Below, one piece after another: positions 16,333 through 24,876 of a stretch of DNA of 44,844 nt. The notes below the pieces were generated by a model, which saw only the letters and a list, made by a program, of their open reading frames with translations, was not told where the DNA came from and made no database searches. The number at the start of each line of letters is the position of its first letter. Position 1 is the stretch's first letter. The DNA comes from Bacteroidales bacterium (GTDB taxonomy: Bacteria; Bacteroidota; Bacteroidia; Bacteroidales; WCHB1-69), in assembly GCA_024400785.1 (NCBI GenBank), contig JAKSME010000004.1:1-44844 (forward strand), given 5' to 3'. The translations under genes and the position numbers were made by a program.

Positions 16333-17196
16333 TTAGAAAATACGTTCTAATACGGTTTGTATCAATTTGTCGACGTAGGGATGGTAATCTTTGGAAAAGT
16401 CGTGGGTGATGCGGTTGGCGATGGCCACGCAGACGGTCAGCATGTTGTGGCCCATGATTTGGCCGAAGCCGTAGAGCGCGGAAGTTTCCATTTCGAGGTT
16501 GGTGATTTTGCGGTCGCCGAATCTGAAGGAGTCGATTTTGGTGTTGAGGTCGGGATATTCGATTTTGGCGCGAACCGAGCGTCCTTGTGGGCCGAAGAAG
16601 CCGGGGGCACTGGCGGTGACGCCTTTCACCATGTCGAAACCGATACGGTCGAGAAGTTCCTTGCTTCCCTTGGCGCAATAGGGATAGGGGAGGCGTTCGT
16701 TCCAGCCGGTGTGCTTAACGAAAGCGTCAACGATTTCTTCATCAAAGCCGTTGCCATGTTTGTAAAAATGCATGAGGCCGTCGAAACCGAAACCCCACTC
16801 GGCAGCGATGAAAGAGTGGACGTCGACTTCGGCCTGCAGCGCGCCGCAGGTGCCGATGCGCACGATGTTGAGCGTGCGGTGTTCCTTGTTTTCCTCCATC
16901 GTTTGCAGGTTGATGTTGGCCACGGCGTCAAGTTCCGTCATCACAATGTCGATATTGTCGGTACCCATGCCGGTGGAAAGTGCGGTGATGCGCTTGCCAC
17001 GTAGCGTGCCGGTGTGAGTGACCAGTTCGCGGTTTTGGTGCTTGAAATCAACCGTGTCGAAATATTTTGATACATTGGACACACGGCCGGGGTCTCCAAC
17101 AACAATGATGTGGTCTGCCAGATTTTCGGGGCCGATACCCAGGTGGTAAATTTTTCCGTCAGGAGTGAGTGGCAATTCAGATGCGGGAATTTTCAT
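16333..17196 (-). CDS. Nucleoside phosphorylase (uridine phosphorylase/PNP_UDP_1 family)
   Basis: VGDPGRV, STGMGTDNIDI, RIGTCGAL, GFFGPQGR and NLEMET motifs. Start at MKIPASEL. A -7 box TATCTTTG lies at 17259-17266. Confidence 0.9.
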   Translation of the reverse strand: MKIPASELPLTPDGKIYHLGIGPENLADHIIVVGDPGRVSNVSKYFDTVDFKHQNRELVTHTGTLRGKRITALSTGMGTDNIDIVMTELDAVANINLQTMEENKEHRTLNIVRIGTCGALQAEVDVHSFIAAEWGFGFDGLMHFYKHGNGFDEEIVDAFVKHTGWNERLPYPYCAKGSKELLDRIGFDMVKGVTASAPGFFGPQGRSVRAKIEYPDLNTKIDSFRFGDRKITNLEMETSALYGFGQIMGHNMLTVCVAIANRITHDFSKDYHPYVDKLIQTVLERIF

Positions 17197-17315
17197 AGTT
17201 TGTAAAATGTTAATTCTCAAATAATTAAATGATTGCCGGGTTTCCCCGACAATCACGGCAAAGATAATATTTTTTGTCAGATTTTATTCTGTAAGGAGAT
17301 AACTTTTTTGCAGTG

Positions 17316-18512
17316 CTATTTGTCCTCGTTCAATGCTTTGATACCGGGGAGTTCTTTGCCTTCCAGATATTCGAGCATGGCGCCGCCGCCGGTGCTGATG
17401 TAGGAAACATGGTTGGCAAGTTTGTAGTTGTTGATGGCTGCGATGGAGTCGCCGCCGCCGATGAGTGAGAAGGCGCCCGACATGGTGGCCACGGCCACAC
17501 AAAGGGCCACCGACTGAGTGCCGCGTTCGAAATTCGGGAATTCATAAACACCCACGGGGCCATTCCACAGAATCGTTTTTGAATCCTTGATGATGGCGGC
17601 GAATTTCTTGATGGTGCGCGGACCGATGTCCATGCCTTCCCAACCGTCGGGCATGTCATTGTGCGTGGTAATGAACTGTTTGGCGTTGTTGTCGTATTTG
17701 TCGGCGCAGACGTTGTCGATGGGGAGGAAGATGTCAACACCCCGGAGGTGCGCTTTCTTGATGATGTCTTTGGCCACGGGAACCATGTCTTCTTCCAACA
17801 GTGAATTGCCGATTTTTACGCCCATGGCATGAAGGAAAGTGTAGCTCATTCCACCGGCAATAATCAGGCTGTCAACCTTTTCCAGAAGGAAGGTGATGAT
17901 GTTGAGTTTGGTGGAGATTTTGCTGCCACCGATGATGGCGGTGAAGGGATGGGCGGCATTGTTGAGCACGAGGTCGAGGTTGGAGGCTTCTTCATAGAGT
18001 AGGTAGCCGGCGTAGCAACGGCCGGGGAAGAATTTGGTGATGGTGGCAGTGGAGGCGTGGGCGCGGTGGGCCGTGCCGAAAGCGTCGTTCACATACAGGT
18101 CGCCGAGGCGGGCAATCTGTTCCGCAAATTTCTCGTCGCCAGCTTCTTCTTCGTTATGGAAACGAAGATTCTCCAACAAAGCAACATCACCGGATTTTAA
18201 TGCGGAAACTTTTTTATCTGTCTCAGAATCAAGAACATCTCCTAAGAAAGCAACCGGAGTCCCCAGCACTTCGCTTGCTTTGGTCACAATGTGTTTCAAC
18301 GAAAACTTGTCGCTGGCCTGCCCTTTCGGTCGGCCGAGGTGCGACATCAAAATGGCAATGCCGCCCTCGTTCTGAATCTTCTTCACCGTGTCAATGGTGC
18401 GGATGATGCGGGTGGCATCAGTAACTTCCAAATTGTCATTCAACGGAACGTTGTAGTCAACTCTGACTAATACTTTTTTACCCTTCATCTGGGCCAGGTC
18501 GATAGATTTCAT
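17316..18512 (-). CDS. pgk: Phosphoglycerate kinase
   Basis: VRVDYNVP, SHLGRP, LLENLRF, NDAFGTAHRAHAS, WNGPVG, GGGDS and STGGGA motifs. Confidence 0.98.
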   Translation of the reverse strand: MKSIDLAQMKGKKVLVRVDYNVPLNDNLEVTDATRIIRTIDTVKKIQNEGGIAILMSHLGRPKGQASDKFSLKHIVTKASEVLGTPVAFLGDVLDSETDKKVSALKSGDVALLENLRFHNEEEAGDEKFAEQIARLGDLYVNDAFGTAHRAHASTATITKFFPGRCYAGYLLYEEASNLDLVLNNAAHPFTAIIGGSKISTKLNIITFLLEKVDSLIIAGGMSYTFLHAMGVKIGNSLLEEDMVPVAKDIIKKAHLRGVDIFLPIDNVCADKYDNNAKQFITTHNDMPDGWEGMDIGPRTIKKFAAIIKDSKTILWNGPVGVYEFPNFERGTQSVALCVAVATMSGAFSLIGGGDSIAAINNYKLANHVSYISTGGGAMLEYLEGKELPGIKALNEDK

Positions 18513-18563
18513 ATTTCGATTTTTTATTTGTTTTCTATATAACTATAAATAAAGAAGAATGTT

Positions 18564-19307
18564 CTACTCAAATTGAATGGAAGCACTCGCTTTTGCCTTC
18601 TTCCCTTTTTTTGATTTTTTCGGTGCCTTCTTGGAAAATGAAAAATCACCAAAAAGTTTGCTCAATTTTTCCATGTGAAGCGTGATGTCGAAATAAACAT
18701 CCCAAGTTTTGTCGGGATCATCGTCATACAAAGTCATTACGTCGCAGTTGCCGACCAGGGCCTGCTGTTTTACATTTGCACCAAAGACATTGTAAATGAT
18801 GATGTATTCATCGGGCACTTCCATGACTTTGAAAGCGGTTTTCTCTGTTTTCCCATCTCCCGTGGACAAAATCAGGTAAAACAGTTGCGAAATCTGTATT
18901 TCACAGGTGTCGGCATTAAGATCCAACTCTTTCAAACAGATCCACTCCCGAAATAAAATATCCAAACTGGCGGGCGACACCTTCAACTCTTCGTGACACA
19001 TTTTCAAAGCTTCTTCATACTTTTCTTCTTTGATCAATTGGGACGCTTCTCTTGACAATTCTTTGTATTGATACTTGGAAGAATAGTTTGTGCCATAAAA
19101 TATGTATTTTAACTCATTGGCTTCAAGCAAGGTATCGCCTTCAATGAACCTTGCCATCAATTCGTTATACACTTTTTCGTTTTGGTTGACAAATTTCTCG
19201 ATTTCAGAATAGTTGACCTCCAAAAAAGCGTTGTTTTTTTGCCCGAAGCAATGATTTCCACCGAAGCAGACGATAAGGGTGAACAGCACCGAGAGAATTT
19301 TTTGCAT
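18564..19307 (-). CDS. Exported DUF4919-like protein
   Basis: Signal peptide; YNELMARF..GDT.L, ILSTGDGKTEKTAFKV...DEY and YFDIT motifs. A -7 box TAACTTTG lies at 19332-19339. Confidence 0.75.
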   Translation of the reverse strand: MQKILSVLFTLIVCFGGNHCFGQKNNAFLEVNYSEIEKFVNQNEKVYNELMARFIEGDTLLEANELKYIFYGTNYSSKYQYKELSREASQLIKEEKYEEALKMCHEELKVSPASLDILFREWICLKELDLNADTCEIQISQLFYLILSTGDGKTEKTAFKVMEVPDEYIIIYNVFGANVKQQALVGNCDVMTLYDDDPDKTWDVYFDITLHMEKLSKLFGDFSFSKKAPKKSKKGKKAKASASIQFE

Positions 19308-19402
19308 AAAGAAAAATTTAAAAATGCGGTGCAAAGTTAATACTTTTCTTTGAAATAGAGAAATAAGACTTTGATTCGAAAGTGGAGATGCTAAAGGCCG
19401 CA

Positions 19403-20737
19403 TTAATCATCGGTAAGGAGGAAACACATATACAAAGGCAGTATGAGAAGTGCGCCGATGCGCCCAATGTTATAATCTCCCAGTTTTATGGCTTGCTCCA
19501 CGTGATATTTTTCGGGATGAGCGAGCACGGTTTTCATTGATTTGGCATCCCCCGTTGTTGATTTGCATTCCAAAGGAGTACACTTCCCTTTCCAACGGAT
19601 GACATAATCCAATTCTATTCCTCCGTCTTTATGAAAATAATATAAATGACGGCCCATTTTCCCGAGGACATCAGCCATCAGATTTTCAAAAATCGCACCT
19701 TTGTACCCCAGCAAGTTGCCATTCAATATGTCGGACTGAGTCCCGTTTTCCAATTGACAAACGAGCAAACCAATATCTGCCATATAAACCTTGAACTCAC
19801 TGTTGACGCGGTTCCCATCAAGTGGCAATTCTGTAATATTCAAATTATAACATCTTCGGATGATGCCAGCATCTTCAATCCATTGTAAACTACCAACATA
19901 GTCGCGCCCTCGTCCATTTTTCCGAATGGCTGAGAATGTGAACTTTTTATACTCACGCGCTAATTGAGATGGAATCGACTCAAAGCATTCACGGATGTGC
20001 GATTTGTCTTGTGATGATGCGTACTTTATCATATCAGCTTTGTATTCATCTACAATTCGTCGCTGTACTGTGAGCACTTTGCCAATAAGTCCTGTACTTA
20101 GAAAAGTTTTAACGGATTCAGGCATTCCTCCAACAATGACATATTGGTGCAGCAGTTCTCGAAAACGATGGTGAATGGCAATATCTACAGGGATTTCCGC
20201 TTTTAAACAATCTTTAAGATACTCAATATGAGGTGGTTGTATTCCATTGGCCCACAGCCATTCTTCAAAATCCATAGGGTACATCTCAACGATATGCTCA
20301 AATCCAACAGGAATGGAAAATTCATCATCATCATTCCGTGTTTTTTGCTTGTAACCGTGAACACCTAATAATGAACCCGTGCACATTACGTCGTATCGAC
20401 CATCCAAATGGAAATATTTCAATGCACTGCGCGCCTGCGGACAATCCTGAATTTCATCAAAAACAAAACAAGTGTTATTCTCTTCGATTTCTGCCTCTGG
20501 CAATGCCGCTGTAATTCTCAAAATAATAGTGGCAACAGAAAGATTGGCCGTGAAAAATGCTTTGTATTCCGGATGCTCTCTAAAATCCAGATAAACAACC
20601 TTTTTGTAATTGCGATGTGCAAAATCCAATACGCTACTGGTTTTACCACACTGACGAACACCTTTTACGACAATGGGCTTATGTTCTTTGTCGTTTTTCC
20701 ACTCTTCAAAATAATGTTCAATTTTGCGCCTAAACAT
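19403..20737 (-). CDS. AAA+ ATPase (AAA_14) with DUF4143 and C-terminal PD-(D/E)xK-like region
   Basis: Walker A GVRQCGKT, Walker B FVFDEIQ, TGSLLG, MYPMDFEE, GGMPE, KVYMADIGLL, GAIFEN and ELDYVI...PLECKS. Confidence 0.9.
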   Translation of the reverse strand: MFRRKIEHYFEEWKNDKEHKPIVVKGVRQCGKTSSVLDFAHRNYKKVVYLDFREHPEYKAFFTANLSVATIILRITAALPEAEIEENNTCFVFDEIQDCPQARSALKYFHLDGRYDVMCTGSLLGVHGYKQKTRNDDDEFSIPVGFEHIVEMYPMDFEEWLWANGIQPPHIEYLKDCLKAEIPVDIAIHHRFRELLHQYVIVGGMPESVKTFLSTGLIGKVLTVQRRIVDEYKADMIKYASSQDKSHIRECFESIPSQLAREYKKFTFSAIRKNGRGRDYVGSLQWIEDAGIIRRCYNLNITELPLDGNRVNSEFKVYMADIGLLVCQLENGTQSDILNGNLLGYKGAIFENLMADVLGKMGRHLYYFHKDGGIELDYVIRWKGKCTPLECKSTTGDAKSMKTVLAHPEKYHVEQAIKLGDYNIGRIGALLILPLYMCFLLTDD

Positions 20738-20767
20738 CGTTGTCTTTTTTATTTATTTTGCAATTCT

Positions 20768-20931
20768 CGCACGTTTTCCACCCCAATTTTTGATGAATCA
20801 CGCACGTTTTCCACCCCAATATTTGATGAATCACACACGTTTTCCACCCCAATTTTTGATGAATCACGCACGTTTTCCACCCCAATTTTTGATGAATCAC
20901 ACACGTTTTCCACCCCAATTTTTAGATGAAT
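20768..20931. repeat. Five tandem copies of a 33-bp unit, CRCACGTTTTCCACCCCAATTTTTGATGAATCA, with no spacers
   Basis: Copies start at 20768, 20801, 20834, 20867 and 20900. Variants: G/A at position 2, one T>A in copy 2, and a 1-nt insertion plus truncation in copy 5. Confidence 0.97.
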
Positions 20932-20992
20932 AAATATTTATTTAATTGATATATAGATAATTAAATAAAATATTACCTCTATGCTTGAGGTT

Positions 20993-21000
20993 GCAAATAT
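20993..21000 (-). promoter_or_regulatory. -7 box (TATATTTG) upstream of the repeat array and AAA ATPase
   Basis: The reverse complement of tgcaaatata is TATATTTGCA. I saw no exact TAnnTTTG match between the array and ATG 20737. Confidence 0.6.
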
Positions 21001-21006
21001 ACACTT

Positions 21007-21105
21007 TTTTACAAGATTTAACCGTTTCCACGTTTTACAAGATTTAACCGTTTCCACGTTTTCACGCTTCCACTACTCTTACGTTTTCACGCTTCCTCTA
21101 CTCTT
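21007..21105. repeat. Two adjacent short direct duplications (26 bp x2 exact; 25 bp x2 with one mismatch)
   Basis: 21007-21032 = 21033-21058 (ttttacaagatttaaccgtttccacg). 21056-21080 is nearly identical to 21081-21105 (acgttttcacgcttccwctactctt), and the latter overlaps the stop codon at 21098. Confidence 0.92.
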
Positions 21106-22531
21106 GCTCGCGGTGTCGCAACACCACATTCACCTCCGGATATTTGGCGCGAAGATGGTCGGCGACACTTTGGGCGAAATAAACGGAGCGGTGCTGTCCA
21201 CCGGTGCAACCGCAGTTAACGCAAAGATGCGTGAAACGGCGTTCCAGGTAATTGTCTACGCTCATATCCACTATGGCAAATATATGTTGCTTGAATTCAG
21301 CGACTTCTGGGTATTTTTCCAAATATTCAATCACGTCTCGGTCCTTGCCGGTACTATGTTTGTATTGTGGTTCTCGCCCCGGATTCGGCAGCGCGCGGCA
21401 GTCGAACACAAATCCGCCGCCGTTGCTCGACTCATCGGTGGGAATGCCTTTTTTATAAGAAAAGCTGCTTACCGCCACCGTTAGGCGGCCATCGGTGCTT
21501 TCTGCCGGATTCCAGTCGCGTGCCGCGATGGCGCGCAATACGGAGGTTAATTCCGGCAACTGCAATGCAATTTTGTCGTTATCAAGCAGATAGCGAATGT
21601 TGTCCACCGCCGGCGGGATGCTTTGCAGAAAATGCGACTTTCGTTCGTAGTAGCCGCGATAACCGTAAGCGCCCAAGGTTTGCAGAACGCGAATCAGCAC
21701 GTATCCGTAGTAATGCTGCTGAAATGCGAGACGGTCAACTTCTTGGTAATGAGAAAGTTCATCCAAATAATATTCCAACAGAGCTTCGCGCTCCTGGCTG
21801 GACAACCCCGCTTTGGCTTGAAATAGCAGCGAGGAAACATCATATTGCAGCGCGCCTTTTCTTCCCCCTTGATAATCAATAAAATACAACTGATTATCGT
21901 GTATCATGATGTTGCGTGACTGGAAGTCCCGAAACATGAAATAGTCGTGTTCGGCTGACAATAGAAACTGTATAAGTGTTTGAAAATCATTTTCTAACGC
22001 TTGCTCATCGAAAGGTATGTAAGCCAATTTGAGAAAATAGTATTTGAAATAGTTGAGGTCCCACTGCATTGCTTGTCGGCCAAATTCATCGCACGGATAA
22101 CATTTGGAAAAGTCAAAACCTTTGTGACCGCAAAGTTGCAGTTTTACCAAATGACGCAATGCCTCTTTGAAATAGTTGTAAGCATCGGGGGGTGTGGCGG
22201 TTGTTCCCAGCTCTTTTTTTCTTCTATTTAAAAAAGAAAACAACAATTCATCGCCCAAGTCTTCCAACAGGTAATACATTCTATCATTGCTGATTTTCAA
22301 TATTTTAGGCACATTGATTTTTTCTTGCAAGAAAAAATGGGTAAAGGAAAAAAAAGCCTCATTTTCCTTCAAGTCGTCATTGAAAGCGCCCATCAAAGTG
22401 GTGCCGTCGGACATGAAAAGACGGGTGTAAACGCGATGTGAACCCGACTGAGCGATGGCTTCCGTGCGGGTTACATTTTGTCCGGAAAGTTGCCTTGCTA
22501 ATTGAGTTAAAATATTGATATCAAACGACAT
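21098..22531 (-). CDS. APH/AmgK-like sugar phosphotransferase fused to a RapZ C-terminal domain
   Basis: GSHRVYTR, LEDLGD, FMFRDFQSRNIM, IDYQG and YDVSSLL kinase motifs; the C-terminus has SFSYKKGIP, FVFDCRALPNP and GCTGGQHRSV. Confidence 0.88.
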   Translation of the reverse strand: MSFDINILTQLARQLSGQNVTRTEAIAQSGSHRVYTRLFMSDGTTLMGAFNDDLKENEAFFSFTHFFLQEKINVPKILKISNDRMYYLLEDLGDELLFSFLNRRKKELGTTATPPDAYNYFKEALRHLVKLQLCGHKGFDFSKCYPCDEFGRQAMQWDLNYFKYYFLKLAYIPFDEQALENDFQTLIQFLLSAEHDYFMFRDFQSRNIMIHDNQLYFIDYQGGRKGALQYDVSSLLFQAKAGLSSQEREALLEYYLDELSHYQEVDRLAFQQHYYGYVLIRVLQTLGAYGYRGYYERKSHFLQSIPPAVDNIRYLLDNDKIALQLPELTSVLRAIAARDWNPAESTDGRLTVAVSSFSYKKGIPTDESSNGGGFVFDCRALPNPGREPQYKHSTGKDRDVIEYLEKYPEVAEFKQHIFAIVDMSVDNYLERRFTHLCVNCGCTGGQHRSVYFAQSVADHLRAKYPEVNVVLRHREQE

Positions 22532-22542
22532 ATAGAAACAAA

Positions 22543-23634
22543 TTACATTTTATCACCAATTTTCTCGCACTCTTCTTGTGTTAATCCGAATAGTTCTTTC
22601 CCGGCATTGAGGCAGCTTTGGAAAGTTTCGGTTTCGTGCAGTCTTTTGTAGCAGGCGAGTTCGCCAGTCCAGATGTCCCAAATGTAGCCCATGCCTTGTT
22701 TGGCGGTGTTGTAAGCGATGAGCGCGTCTTTGTAGTTTTTGGCGGTGGCGAGGGTTTGGGCATAGAGCACCCAGAAAATGGGGTCGTCGCCGGTATGGTT
22801 GATGAGTTGGGTGATGGTGAGGAAAGCGTTGTCGGTGTCGGCCTGCCCGATGAAGTAGCAAAGTTTGTGGTAAAGAATGAACCGCTCGTCGGCGCCATCA
22901 TTGCGCAGATTTTCCAAATCGGCCACAAAGTTGCGAGAGCATTCGTACAATCCGATGGGATAGAACTTGTAAAAGTCGGTAAATTGCAGCAACTGAGCTT
23001 TTTTGTCTTGCATCAGCTCCCACATTCGGCTGTATTGGCCGCTTTGGCAAAGTGCGGTTACGAGGATCATGTTGCGGGCATCTTCCGTCGGATTGTCGAT
23101 GGTCATAAAGGTGTTGAGAGTCACTTCGGAAGCGATTTTGTCGGAAAGGAGGGCGGAGATGGAGTAAAGGAAGGCGTCTTCGATGACCACTTTCCCTTTT
23201 TTGAAATTCAGCAGCAAGTCGTCAAACATGATACTTCCGCGGTCGTCGTAGGTTCGTAGCACGAGGTGGTAGTGTCCGTTTTTGGTGTAACAGGTGTCGA
23301 AGCGCACGCTTCCCCCGGTTTGGTCGACGGAGAGCAGGTAGTCACCGTAGCGGCAGTTGCCGTGGAAGATTTCCATTCCGGCCCCGATTTCGAGGGCGGA
23401 GGTTTTTTTCGCCACCAGCGTTTTGAGGGCGACGGTGTCGACGGCATTATTCAAAAAATCGGCATCGCCCGACGCCAGACTTTCCATTGCCTTGGTTTTG
23501 AAGGTTTCGATGGCGGCCATTTTTTCCTTGTCGCTCATTTCGGTCTTGGGCTTTTCTTGTTTTTTTTCTTTGCAGCCGGACAGACAGAAGGCGGAGAAGA
23601 TGGCGCAAAGGAGGAGGATGGTGATTTTTTTCAT
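22543..23634 (-). CDS. Hypothetical lipoprotein with C-terminal TPR-like helices
   Basis: MKKITILLLCAIFSAFCLSGC lipobox; a TPR-like segment WVLYAQTLATAKNYKDALIAYNTA. Confidence 0.75.
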   Translation of the reverse strand: MKKITILLLCAIFSAFCLSGCKEKKQEKPKTEMSDKEKMAAIETFKTKAMESLASGDADFLNNAVDTVALKTLVAKKTSALEIGAGMEIFHGNCRYGDYLLSVDQTGGSVRFDTCYTKNGHYHLVLRTYDDRGSIMFDDLLLNFKKGKVVIEDAFLYSISALLSDKIASEVTLNTFMTIDNPTEDARNMILVTALCQSGQYSRMWELMQDKKAQLLQFTDFYKFYPIGLYECSRNFVADLENLRNDGADERFILYHKLCYFIGQADTDNAFLTITQLINHTGDDPIFWVLYAQTLATAKNYKDALIAYNTAKQGMGYIWDIWTGELACYKRLHETETFQSCLNAGKELFGLTQEECEKIGDKM

Positions 23635-23635
23635 G

Positions 23636-24865
23636 TTATTTTCCTGCATAAATCAAGGTTGAAAATTGGTCTGGGATGAATATGCGGTTGGCGGCTTCCA
23701 GAATTTCATCGGCGGTAATGGCTTCAATTTTTTGGAAAGAACTTTCGGTGGTTTCCACTTCGTTGAAGTAAAGTGCGCTACGGCCGATGGAGAGCATTTC
23801 GTTCAACTTGGCTTCATTGGTGATGGCCAGTTGGCCGATGAACTGTTTCTTGGCCGTATGAAGTTGCAAAGTACCCAATTTGGTGGCGACAACTTTCTGT
23901 AACTCTCTGTGTACCAATTCAATACTTTTTTCAATAGCTTCTTTTTCACAGCCGACATAGACGGAAAAAAGTCCGTTGTCGGTAAAGGGGGAGTAGTTGG
24001 CTTCGACGGAGTAGGCGAGACCTTTTTTTTCGCGGATGGCGACATTGAGGCGGGCGCTCATGGCCTGCCCGCCGAGGTAGTTGGCGAGAAGGGTGAAGGG
24101 CACGCGTTCCTTTTCTTGGAAGGAGAAGGCCTGGTTGCAAAGCATGATGTGCGCCTGGGAGGTGTTTTTGCGTTTTCGGAGTGTTGTAGGTGTGTAGGTG
24201 GTGAAGGGGAGGCGCACCCGCTCGCAATGTGCCGCGATGGGTTGGTTGAAATATTTGTTACAATATTTTATTATAGAAGAGGTAGGAAGGTTTCCGACGG
24301 AAGATAGTACGATGTTGTCGGCGGTGTAGTTGCGGCGGACGAAATTGATGATGTCGTCGCGGCGGAGATTGTAGAGGGATTTTTTTGAGCCGAGGATGTT
24401 TCGGCCGAGGGGGTGACCAGCGTAGGCCACCTCTTCGATTTCGTCGAAGATGAGTTCGGCGGGGGTGTCGCGGTAATAGTTGATTTCTTCGAGGACGACA
24501 TCTTTTTCCTTTTCAATTTCCTTTTCCGGGAAAGTGGCATGGAAGAGGATGTCGGCGAGAAGTTCGATGGCGCGGGGATAGTCTGCTGACAAAAAGGAGG
24601 CGTGAAAGCACGTCTCCTCTTTAGCGGTACAGGCGTTGAGGTCGCCGCCTGCGTTTTCCATTCTTTGAGTGACCTGGTAGCTGTTGCGCCGGGTCGTACC
24701 TTTGAAAAGGGTGTGTTCTACAAAGTGGGCCAGACCGTTTTGGTCATCGGCTTCGTCGCGCGTCCCGGCATTGATGATGACACCGAAGTGCGAGATGGGC
24801 GACGAAACCTCTTTGTGGATGACCTTGATCCCATTTTCAAGGGTCGTGATGGGAATCAATTCCAT
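23636..24865 (-). CDS. M16 family zinc peptidase
   Basis: LENGIKVI, AGTRDE, HFVEH, NACTAKEETC, EKDVVLEEI and REKKGLAYSV motifs. Confidence 0.93.
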   Translation of the reverse strand: MELIPITTLENGIKVIHKEVSSPISHFGVIINAGTRDEADDQNGLAHFVEHTLFKGTTRRNSYQVTQRMENAGGDLNACTAKEETCFHASFLSADYPRAIELLADILFHATFPEKEIEKEKDVVLEEINYYRDTPAELIFDEIEEVAYAGHPLGRNILGSKKSLYNLRRDDIINFVRRNYTADNIVLSSVGNLPTSSIIKYCNKYFNQPIAAHCERVRLPFTTYTPTTLRKRKNTSQAHIMLCNQAFSFQEKERVPFTLLANYLGGQAMSARLNVAIREKKGLAYSVEANYSPFTDNGLFSVYVGCEKEAIEKSIELVHRELQKVVATKLGTLQLHTAKKQFIGQLAITNEAKLNEMLSIGRSALYFNEVETTESSFQKIEAITADEILEAANRIFIPDQFSTLIYAGK

Positions 24866-24876
24866 TATGATATGGA

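Noticed and set aside
15773-16678. 301-aa ORF as listed, suggesting an overlapping gene or frameshift fusion with the phosphorylase
   Set aside because: The upstream part is an alternate frame of the phosphorylase gene. A clean lipoprotein signal starts at ATG 16324.
20768-20931. CRISPR array (33-bp repeats)
   Set aside because: The units are directly contiguous with no unique spacers, and there are no cas genes in the window.
20408-20933. Plus-strand ORFs (173 aa and 69 aa) with periodic peptide repeats
   Set aside because: They are antisense to the ATPase gene and stay open only because the 33-bp unit lacks stops. There is no promoter or family motif.
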